Positions 12,401 through 17,911 of a stretch of 64,000 nucleotides of DNA are shown here, one piece after another. This DNA is from Bacteroidetes bacterium MED-G17 (lineage in GTDB: Bacteria; Bacteroidota; Bacteroidia; NS11-12g; UBA9320): the NCBI GenBank assembly GCA_002457675.1, contig NTKK01000005.1:87867-151866 (forward strand), given 5' to 3'. The notes beneath the pieces were generated by a model. That model saw only the letters and a list, made by a program, of their open reading frames with translations. It ran no database searches and was not told the DNA's origin. Made by a program: the position numbers and the translations under genes. Positions within the stretch are counted from its first letter, which is position 1. Each line of letters starts with the position of its first letter.

Positions 12401-12670
12401 TCCTGTCGGGCCGGTAAATCTATACTTTACCATGTAAGTTCCTGCTTTTGAATAAGCATAAGCAGGGTCTTTATCGGCAGAGGTTATTCCTTCTCCAAAG
12501 TCCCAAAAAAATGTGTTCCTGCCTGACGAATTGGCTGAAAAACTTATGGTTGAGTTTACACATGGAGCAGTAGAAGTATCCGCTTGTGGACTACAACTTT
12601 GCCCTTGAACTGAAAAAGAACCGCCCAACAAGAGCAGTATAAAGAAAGCGATAATTTTAGTCGTTTTCAT
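6476..12670 (-). CDS. Giant secreted PKD-repeat protein with C-terminal CHU_C (T9SS type B) sorting domain, about 2064 aa
   Basis: Track ORF is 6476..12745. The signal peptide MKTTKIIAFFILLLLGGSFSVQG|QS starts at ATG 12670. PKD-like modules sit at the N-terminus (FFWDFGEGITSADKDPAYAY, FIWDYGDGT) and the C-terminus (YWEWDFGDGTQRSLLRNPAHVY, WYFNWGDSSQ, YEWDFDYD). The CHU_C domain reads YNVFTPNGDGDNDFF..IFNRWGELVFES..DWDGTVMNKGKKECPQGVYFYILEY..GQVTLLR. Confidence 0.85.
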   Translation of the reverse strand: MKTTKIIAFFILLLLGGSFSVQGQSCSPQADTSTAPCVNSTISFSANSSGRNTFFWDFGEGITSADKDPAYAYSKAGTYMVKYRFTGPTGACEDSFKLVVKPSPKIFNILTNSSTQCFEGNKFCFLDTTSAAPGSSIVKQTFIFDDGGNYVFDNPSYPLQFCHSVIDQQGGKYGLNIKAVDANGCVSSVKLSDYIEVFPKLGVKISSNAPIGCDTTTACITNLSTLPFDSVKSFIWDYGDGTIDTFYPPADSNAWKRRVCHLYKTDGTFDARLTVEAKFGCIDSFTYKAAATNFVLEPKILASMDTSCTGSDEVTFEIEGGMPPGSQFLWNFGNPPWPPNVNFDNQNANPTRSHPNGPWMISCRIVQGPCDVMAYDTILRLGPASTIEIPMVTFIPEEEKYQCIIRDSIHFTNASSFFGNDDNIFDEVVTVSKREPGVPVIELHEFDTSMSCNRLDTFLVRKLTRYHLSSITKDTMILIGQDTSFTINGVNIPMFGIYQKDTFGLIGGVPTKYTVPADTIFLSDTTLRYFGGNDSVYFNGQIIYDSIVVRLDSTYEFEYAFNYDTATRSGDQTAIPYPDPPGTGPFKTHVYRLWSFGDQYAPQCTTDTRAGKNIGKNCNFSLDSLPVHWYTPWETTYYEGNNFQFISQPVRRTLLSKNARQCFDVNVWPDSFVRIPDVLDVFVPTKYSNVEEELSKAVAANSAQIFEKNIFALDTFVMPIDGYILLPAQSVIYADTNLEYYDSNTLVINDTATAGQTFNALVKVPKDAVIKWISGTYYSVDETGLIVRVNTLSDSIVVGPTISTVVDGNIEKYKYINSGVVEVINVATNPQNITTYNGPTTFTLESDDQFTLETVCDTLFPEPAYDFEAGRLITATASTFIKDTVMTINGELVDTFVVRQQIVVDPAFHRSDFYQNTVQCFNVSLYHKDTVTPPFCEATGNVSLALMPPNAEVLVWESGEPCPFDPARAEDYTLQFHLRETKPGCSQQWFEVNFDSLAGKNNWVNYKSGGILAPPKTNPSPLPFIMPYPMILQWGTTFVQRYTANNLAGRNTKTGSFTLGLIIGNGPPNFLVTYDTLFDNTTNPPSILRIDTTVTTTPIAPECTDTAWYSDIFRINLLSANFEMISPNNTPRYICFGDTAYIKLHYELQDGIQKLEVNHGYQIIKQFTGENTTVDYSPLDQYYELFEYFVPYKGPSPTRNDSNINYDGEDWHYNFVVRYRARNFLNLNGKERFYLETLDTIVTAILRDFVVKVDDKGATDAIIEAFESEGLDYRKIPKTDVAYYLGDGTYGCVDTSGFSDDFEFRNERITYLTKRHDEFVYQYTDSSMSDSTIIEQILHFRDSSLQGYDTMITPRNLNMPIDTFAQGDTVPGVYKLIYRMPIPFFDSCASLADRRLYENYYPDVPVVDTLIVPSKFDNRGNPTEFDTIPSVTIDWEGPMVPNVRMLNIDNCETRANILLNVGYFREFKTVESLCEGQTLRVEDSIRYYAADNGDAFPQFFPIDPRGFWEAPSRFAIKEKKYIDYDTSDAENWRTSVEFREWTYSTPGPKIIRIATEDSLGCRDTSKVKVYVTDVIPNFYLNDTVNSCDDDFFFFDSSYVLDPCRSEVCADSNSLRCDSVVYWEWDFGDGTQRSLLRNPAHVYTSRGYFSVKLKVRSALGCEDSIIKQVYIIGPEPEFEFLNNFGQGDSITICLGDSVFANNISPTPTYPIDDSTIWYFNWGDSSQENARKFQDTAIHVYKDTGVYYVYLRQSDKITGFTDRCDVIFPDPSPDILEPRYFKVTVLPRLKTKAHADKDTVCVKELVTFTDSSNQPLYTEWTWLIEEDSSTTEIKSGFQVTHRWQSSGLKRVILIPDWDDGDPFTPECPSNDTIYVYVDYVKAEFEIDSSYEQPEFKFINLSSNAVGYEWDFDYDAPFQIMSTEYEPVHNYGEVINRNGGDEYDVWLIAVSAFGCKDTFRLEVKNEFLSEIIPYNVFTPNGDGDNDFFNPSIEGHEEYSIKIFNRWGELVFESEDSEVDWDGTVMNKGKKECPQGVYFYILEYRLRAKPENDGLGPISGQVTLLRDK

Positions 12671-12748
12671 ATTAGATGTTATTCTCAAGATGATTGATCC
12701 TTTAAAAAGGTTGGCTAAGGTAGTGGTTTTTTGTGATTTTATCATAGA

Positions 12749-13609
12749 TTACCGAACGTTTAGTTTTCCTTGTTTAATTTCCTCTGTGCTATGCCCCTCC
12801 CTTTTGAAAACGATTTGATAAATATAATTGCCCTTAGGGACGAGTTCTCCACTAGCATTTTTGCCGTCCCAGTAATTTCCGGGATTTTCTGTATCGAAGA
12901 GTATTTCTCCAGTATAATTAACTATTAACAATCTGAATTTCTCAAGCTCCATATGCCCAAAATCAACAACAAATTTGTCATTGTAACCGTCTTGTGTGTG
13001 CGGTGTGATTATATTTGGTATAGGCGCTAGCTCAGTTGGGGTATAAGTGTTGGGGACCTCAACTTTTTTATCCACCAGCGCTATTTCACTATTCTCGTCT
13101 TGTTGTTTGGATAGGTTTGACGTTTTTATGCTATCTGTTTCCTGAAGGTTTTCAAATTTTCTTTCTATAACCTGCTGGTTAGGGCCTAGGTCATGCTGCG
13201 TGTTCTTTTTTACTTCTGGGGAATTTACCAATGCTTCATGGAGCTGTTTTTTTGGTTCAATTTCTTTTGGTTTTCCATTAGTTGAAATTGGCCTTATTGT
13301 GTCTTTACTGTGTACCCCAAGCTTAGGATTTTTTGGACTAGTTTGTTCACTAGCCAAAGGTATTTCCAGGGTTTTTGGTACATTACTTTTTTGGTTTGTG
13401 AGAAACAAAAGCCCAGAAACTGCCACCGCGACAATGGGGACAAGTGGGCTTGATATCACCAAATTAGACAACCACTCAAGTGGCGTAAAACCTGAACCAC
13501 CAGCACCTATTTGGGCATTTTTAGCAATTTTTTTCCATAGATGTTTCGGCGGTTGAACGGTTGATTCTTCTAATTTATTTTGGATGATATTTTCTAATTT
13601 ATCTCTCAA
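12749..13609 (-). CDS. Putative membrane-anchored anti-sigma-like protein with C-terminal CHU_C (T9SS type B)-like domain
   Basis: Overlaps the sigma gene stop by 11 nt and starts at TTG 13609; there is no in-frame ATG for more than 200 codons. It has one TM helix (LVISSPLVPIVAVAVSGLLFL) and a K/E/P/N/Q-rich linker. The C-terminus reads IPNIITPHTQDGYNDKF..LLIVNYTGEILFDTE..YWDGKNASGELVPKGNYIYQIVF..GKLNVR. Confidence 0.6.
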   Translation of the reverse strand: MRDKLENIIQNKLEESTVQPPKHLWKKIAKNAQIGAGGSGFTPLEWLSNLVISSPLVPIVAVAVSGLLFLTNQKSNVPKTLEIPLASEQTSPKNPKLGVHSKDTIRPISTNGKPKEIEPKKQLHEALVNSPEVKKNTQHDLGPNQQVIERKFENLQETDSIKTSNLSKQQDENSEIALVDKKVEVPNTYTPTELAPIPNIITPHTQDGYNDKFVVDFGHMELEKFRLLIVNYTGEILFDTENPGNYWDGKNASGELVPKGNYIYQIVFKREGHSTEEIKQGKLNVR

Positions 13610-14147
13610 AATGCTTCAACTCTTTTTGTAGATATTGTTTGGCTTTTCGCAATTGGGTTTTTGAAGTACTTTCAGAAATGTTTAATTGTTCTGCTATTTC
13701 TCTATGCAAGAAACCATCAACAACATACATATTGAATACAGTACGATAACCAGTAGGTAATTTTTGAATGGCTTGTTGTATCTCATTTTCTGTCAGTTTT
13801 GAAAGTGCATCTTCTGGTATTGAAGCAGAATTTGAAACTTCTTGTACAAACTGCACATAGCCTTTTTGCTTTCTTCTCAGCAATTCCAAAGCATGGTAAA
13901 TACATATCTTTTTCATCCAAGCTTCGAAAGAACCTATGTCTTGGTATTGATTAATTTTTTCAAAAATTTTCACAAAAGCATCATGCAGTATGTCTTCTGC
14001 CATTTGAGAATCGCTTGCATACCGCACGCATGTAGCATACAATGATGGTGCAAATTTTTGATACAGCATTTCTTGATACTTCCTTTTTTTTTGTTTACAA
14101 CCTTGAATGATTTCTGGCAATGCCTCGTATTTTTTTTTACGACTCAT
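13599..14147 (-). CDS. ECF-type RNA polymerase sigma-70 family factor
   Basis: Region 2 is DILHDAFVKIFEKINQY..FEAWMKKICIYHALELLRRK. The region 4 HTH is LPTGYRTVFNMYVVDGFLHREIAEQLNISESTSKTQLRKAKQYL. The first ATG is at 14147; the track start at 14150 is TTG. Confidence 0.88.
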   Translation of the reverse strand: MSRKKKYEALPEIIQGCKQKKRKYQEMLYQKFAPSLYATCVRYASDSQMAEDILHDAFVKIFEKINQYQDIGSFEAWMKKICIYHALELLRRKQKGYVQFVQEVSNSASIPEDALSKLTENEIQQAIQKLPTGYRTVFNMYVVDGFLHREIAEQLNISESTSKTQLRKAKQYLQKELKHFER

Positions 14148-14176
14148 CAAGGTATTGTAAGTTAAAGATGAAATAA

Positions 14177-14647
14177 CTAAGAATTTGGTTGCTCAGTTTC
14201 GATTTTTTTTACCAAATAGCGTTCTTCGAAATAGCCAAATAGTGACTCAGCATAAAAACCACAAGAATTTATTTTTTCCGCTATTTTTTCTGTAGTTAAT
14301 TCTTTAGCTATCGTTTTGCTATGAATTGCCACGGTGTTTTGCTCTTTATTGAGCATAAATGACGCGTTGTACAAATGGAAATTTAGATACAATAATTCTT
14401 GATTAAATTGCTCTATATGCATAGTAGGTATTTGGCAAAACGGTACAATGACTTGAAAGATGGGAGACGACTTATCCCCAGCAAATGCTTGCCATTGATT
14501 TGTATTTTTAGGCATCCAAACATCAACATATATTTCGAAAAAATCTTTTTGCAGTAACCATTCACCTGGGTTGGAACATCTTGTATCTTCTGGATTAACG
14601 CCCAAAGTTTGAATGGCATCTTCCACTTGCTTATAAAAATTTTGCAT
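14177..14647 (-). CDS. YbjN-like (T3SS-chaperone-fold) domain protein, hypothetical
   Basis: About 156 aa starting MQNFYKQVEDAIQTLGVNPEDTRCSNPGEWLL..FQVIVPFCQIP, which resembles the Bacteroidetes YbjN-domain family from memory. ATG is at 14647 (track start 14659 is TTG), 14 nt after the paaD stop. Confidence 0.45.
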   Translation of the reverse strand: MQNFYKQVEDAIQTLGVNPEDTRCSNPGEWLLQKDFFEIYVDVWMPKNTNQWQAFAGDKSSPIFQVIVPFCQIPTMHIEQFNQELLYLNFHLYNASFMLNKEQNTVAIHSKTIAKELTTEKIAEKINSCGFYAESLFGYFEERYLVKKIETEQPNS

Positions 14648-14661
14648 ATAAGCTGACAAAT

Positions 14662-15144
14662 TTAGTGAACCGTTTTTATCGCTTCAAAGGTTTCTAAGCA
14701 ATTCTCGCAGTGATGGATGGAGCGACAGAGGGTTGGTCCGAATGGGTTTTTTAAGACCGTTTGTGGTGACCCACACTTTGGGCAATCAACCTCTTCGATA
14801 AAATCCCAAGTTACTCCACCGCAAGATTTTTTTGGCGGCGCCAATCCGATTTTTTTGATGTCTTTTTTGCCCTGTTCTGAAATCATATCACTTGTCCATT
14901 GATGATCAAATCTGGTATTTACATTTACTTGATCTATTTCATCTTGCTTGAGCAGTTTTTCTTCTACCATTTCTTCCATGACCTTTAGGGCTGGGCAACC
15001 CGAGAAAGTAGGCGTTAATACCACGTCAACCCGATTCTTTTGCACTTGAATATCTGTTACTATTCCTAAATCTACAATAGAAAGTGTAGGAATTTCTGGG
15101 TCTTTAATGGTGTATAGTATGTTGGCTACATCTTTTCGATTCAT
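14662..15144 (-). CDS. paaD: 1,2-phenylacetyl-CoA epoxidase subunit D (PaaD/PaaJ; DUF59 plus C-terminal Cys cluster)
   Basis: Motifs IKDPEIPTLSIVDLGIV, TPTFSGCPALKVMEE and the C-terminal CPKCGS..HHCENC. ATG 15144..15142 overlaps the paaC TAA by 1 nt (TAATG). Confidence 0.85.
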   Translation of the reverse strand: MNRKDVANILYTIKDPEIPTLSIVDLGIVTDIQVQKNRVDVVLTPTFSGCPALKVMEEMVEEKLLKQDEIDQVNVNTRFDHQWTSDMISEQGKKDIKKIGLAPPKKSCGGVTWDFIEEVDCPKCGSPQTVLKNPFGPTLCRSIHHCENCLETFEAIKTVH

Positions 15145-15896
15145 TACCAATCTGCGCTTGGGTCTATTGCGTAAACCTCTGTCATTTCATTAAGTAAAGG
15201 CTGAAGATATTCAGTATGTATTCCTACCCTTCCACCGATACCTTTTGTATTTTTTGTACCATGAGGAACTTTTAATCCTGCTTTTTTAATTAAAGGTGAG
15301 ACAAGATCTAACCACTGTTGCTTTAAGGCTTCTTCCCCAAAAAATACTTTGTTTTCAATCAGCTGATTTTCAAAATGCCCTTTTTCAAAAATTCCAAGAG
15401 CGTATGGCCAAGCTTCATTAAGCGCACTTTGCATCTTCGCTTTGCTTTCTTCATTCCCATTGCCTAGCTGTTGCATCCAGGTATTGGCATGTAAGGTGTG
15501 GTATTTTATTTCACCCTTAAATTTTCTTGCTACTTGTGCCAATGGTTGAAAACTACTATTGGATAAAGCTTCAAACCTCAACGCTTCTGCAAAATCAAAC
15601 AGGAAATGTCTTACAATGCTGAAACTGTAATCGCCAATTGGAAGTTCTACCAATTGGCAACAATGGAATTGCTTTGCATTTCTTGTAAATGCCACAGTAT
15701 CGGGATCAGAAGCTCCTAGTTCATGCAATAGTTGATACAAATGTTGTGATTGGCCTACTTTATCCTGTGCCATAGAGGAAAATGCAATATCTTCCTCTAA
15801 AAGTGGCCCAAGTCCAGTCCACTCCGAATTTCTGTGACCTATTATAAGTTGGTCGTCTGCCATTTTGTAGAGTAACTCTTTGATGTATTCTGACAT
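15144..15896 (-). CDS. paaC: 1,2-phenylacetyl-CoA epoxidase subunit C (PaaC/PaaI)
   Basis: 250 aa with a ferritin-like fold pattern (LYKMADDQLIIGHRNSEWTGLGPLLEEDIAFSSMAQDKVGQ). It sits between paaB and paaD. Confidence 0.85.
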   Translation of the reverse strand: MSEYIKELLYKMADDQLIIGHRNSEWTGLGPLLEEDIAFSSMAQDKVGQSQHLYQLLHELGASDPDTVAFTRNAKQFHCCQLVELPIGDYSFSIVRHFLFDFAEALRFEALSNSSFQPLAQVARKFKGEIKYHTLHANTWMQQLGNGNEESKAKMQSALNEAWPYALGIFEKGHFENQLIENKVFFGEEALKQQWLDLVSPLIKKAGLKVPHGTKNTKGIGGRVGIHTEYLQPLLNEMTEVYAIDPSADW

Positions 15897-15899
15897 ATG

Positions 15900-16271
15900 T
15901 TATTGATTTTGTTGATTTTCTTTAAATGCTTTAATCTTATCCATCACTTTATATGATGTTGGATCTCGGTGTTTTTTATCAGGTGTATTCTCGAACATAT
16001 CTTCATCAAAATATTCGGTTGCGAAAATTTCACTAGAAGCGACTACCCATAAATTGGCCGTTTTTCCCCGTCTTGTATATTGCTCTTTGGCATAAAGCAT
16101 AGCCATTTCAGGATTTGGCGCATGTACAATTCCTACATGTTGGTGTTGTGCCCCTCTTTTTTTTTGGTGAAAAACTTCGTACGTTGGGAAGTGACCTTGA
16201 TTTTCGAGAGAGAAATCTGGATTGTCTAATTCAATTTTGGCACGAGCTATCCTTGGATCTAAAGATTTCAT
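15900..16271 (-). CDS. paaB: 1,2-phenylacetyl-CoA epoxidase subunit B (PaaB)
   Basis: Conserved core FPTYEVFHQKKRGAQHQHVGIVHAPNPEMAMLYAKEQYTRRG. The MKSLDP start at ATG 16271..16269 overlaps the paaA TAA by 1 nt (TAATG). The longer track ORF runs into paaA. Confidence 0.85.
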   Translation of the reverse strand: MKSLDPRIARAKIELDNPDFSLENQGHFPTYEVFHQKKRGAQHQHVGIVHAPNPEMAMLYAKEQYTRRGKTANLWVVASSEIFATEYFDEDMFENTPDKKHRDPTSYKVMDKIKAFKENQQNQ

Positions 16272-17260
16272 TAGGCAAAGGGCTTGACGTAAGAATCTTT
16301 TGGATTTACTATGGCCTTTCTCACCCAACGACCTCTTTGTTCTGCCATTCTTCTCACAGCCAATCGTTCTGCGTTGCATGGCCCATCACCATTTATAACT
16401 CGTTTAAATTCATCCCAATCAGGTTCGGTATACATCCATTTTTTTGTTTCTGGATTTTTACGAAGCTTTTTGTCTGGTAAAGTCAACCCAAGGTCCCATA
16501 TCTTGGGCACATACATGTCTAAGAATTGTTGACGCATATCATCATTGCTAGCCATTTTTACTTTCCAACGCATAAGTATTTCGGTGTGCACTGATTCTTT
16601 ATCCGAGGGGCCGAAAAAATGCATAATGGGAGGCCACCATCTATTTAGTGCATCTTGCACCATAGCTCTTTGTTTTTTTGTACCTGTAGCCAAATGAACA
16701 ACATTATCATGTCCATACTTTAGATGGAAAGATTCTTCGTAACAGATACGTTCTAAAGCTCTACAATAAGGGCCATAAGAACCCTTACTATTAGCCAATT
16801 GGTTGACAATCGCGCCCGCATCTATTAACCAGGCTATAACTGCTGAGTCTGCCCAAGTTTTTGCAGGATAGTTGAATACATTTGAATATTTAGACTTTCC
16901 GCTGATTAGATCGTTAATCATATCTTCTCTGCTCTTGCCCAAAGTTTCAGCCGCTGCGTACAAAAGTTGCGCATGACCTACTTCGTCTTGTACTTTGGCC
17001 ATTAATGCAAGTTTTCTTCTAAACCCTGGAGCGCGAGTAATCCAAGTGCCTTCAGGCAATGCTCCGATTATTTCTGAATGGGCGTGTTGCTCAATCATTC
17101 GGACGAGTTGTTTCCGATAGTTGACTGGCATCCAGTCTTGTGGCTCAATTTTTTTGCCTGCCAAGATTGTTTCCTCGAAAGCTTGAAGCTTCGCAGGATC
17201 CTCACCTGCGATTAATTTGTTTTTTGGATCGTTTGGATCGATGTAAGCATTTCCGTACAT
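16271..17260 (-). CDS. paaA: 1,2-phenylacetyl-CoA epoxidase catalytic subunit A (PaaA)
   Basis: 329 aa. Di-iron carboxylate motifs are seen (MIEQHAHSEIIG, QDEVGHAQLLY, CYEESFHLKYG). Confidence 0.9.
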   Translation of the reverse strand: MYGNAYIDPNDPKNKLIAGEDPAKLQAFEETILAGKKIEPQDWMPVNYRKQLVRMIEQHAHSEIIGALPEGTWITRAPGFRRKLALMAKVQDEVGHAQLLYAAAETLGKSREDMINDLISGKSKYSNVFNYPAKTWADSAVIAWLIDAGAIVNQLANSKGSYGPYCRALERICYEESFHLKYGHDNVVHLATGTKKQRAMVQDALNRWWPPIMHFFGPSDKESVHTEILMRWKVKMASNDDMRQQFLDMYVPKIWDLGLTLPDKKLRKNPETKKWMYTEPDWDEFKRVINGDGPCNAERLAVRRMAEQRGRWVRKAIVNPKDSYVKPFA

Positions 17261-17264
17261 AATT

Positions 17265-17849
17265 TTATAAGTTGTTCTTTTTTAGTCCGTTTAAGATAAA
17301 GTTGGATAGATCATTTGCTATTTCTTGCGGTGTCAAACTGCCTTCTGGTTTATACCACTCTACCACCCAATTTAAGGAGCTTAGAATAGTCAGTGTAGCC
17401 ATTTTGATGTCGGAGGGATTAAAAACGTGCTCCGAAATCCCCGTTTCAATAATTTCCCGAATTCCATCCTCGTATTTATTTCGTAATTCAACAAATTGCT
17501 CTTTTTTATCATCTGGTAAAAAACGCCAGTCTCTAAGAAATACAATTGAACTGTCCATATTTTGGGTAAGCAGGGAGATGTGGTTTGCTATGTACATGCG
17601 AAGCTTCTCTTCAGCATTAAAATAAATGTCATTAACTTCTTTTGCTCCCAGCAAAAATTTATCCGCCATACCAAAACAAATAACTTCAAGTAGATCACTT
17701 TTGGCGCTTATGTGGCTGTACAAACTTGCGACTTCTAGGTTTAATTCTTTGGCCAATTGTCGCATAGAAGTGGACTCATATCCCCTGTGTCTAAATAGCG
17801 TCAGCGCGGCGTTAAGCACTTCTTTTTTACGTTTAGTATTTACTTCCAT
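17265..17849 (-). CDS. TetR/AcrR family transcriptional regulator, first gene of the paa array
   Basis: N-terminal HTH is VLNAALTLFRHRGYESTSMRQLAKELNLEVASLYSHISAKSDLL. I prefer ATG 17849 (MEVNTKRKK) because a -7 box overlaps the longer track start at 17867. It ends 4 nt before paaA. Confidence 0.85.
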   Translation of the reverse strand: MEVNTKRKKEVLNAALTLFRHRGYESTSMRQLAKELNLEVASLYSHISAKSDLLEVICFGMADKFLLGAKEVNDIYFNAEEKLRMYIANHISLLTQNMDSSIVFLRDWRFLPDDKKEQFVELRNKYEDGIREIIETGISEHVFNPSDIKMATLTILSSLNWVVEWYKPEGSLTPQEIANDLSNFILNGLKKNNL

Positions 17850-17864
17850 ACGAACGGCCGTTAG

Positions 17865-17872
17865 CAAATATA
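17865..17872 (-). promoter_or_regulatory. Candidate -7 promoter box (TATATTTG) for the TetR-paaABCD array
   Basis: Exact TAnnTTTG on the minus strand, 15 nt upstream of ATG 17849, in the divergent region shared with acs. Confidence 0.3.
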
Positions 17873-17911
17873 TACTTTTTATTTAACTCCACATTTTATT
17901 TTATTTGATGT

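Noticed and set aside
13200-13556. Long antisense or alternative-frame ORFs from the track: 13200..13556, 17272..17625, 16115..16480, 58096..58440, 2669..3046, 26000..26425, 47676..48002, 5908..6237, 848..1135 and similar.
   Set aside because: Each lies entirely inside a well-supported gene on the opposite strand or in another frame. Their composition is low-complexity or shadow-like, with no recognisable motifs. Such ORFs are typical artefacts of AT-rich sequence.
14084-14138. Two A9 homopolymer tracts (14084..14092 and 14130..14138 on the coding strand) within the first 25 codons of the ECF sigma gene. I considered them as possible slipped-strand phase-variation switches for the adhesin module.
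   Set aside because: They encode Lys runs (SRKKKY, KQKKRK). Tracts of the same length occur in housekeeping genes here (A9 in paaB at 16157..16165) and in the 1330-aa adhesin gene (T9 at 1833..1841). In this AT-rich genome they are expected by chance. Only population sequencing showing length variation would revive the idea.
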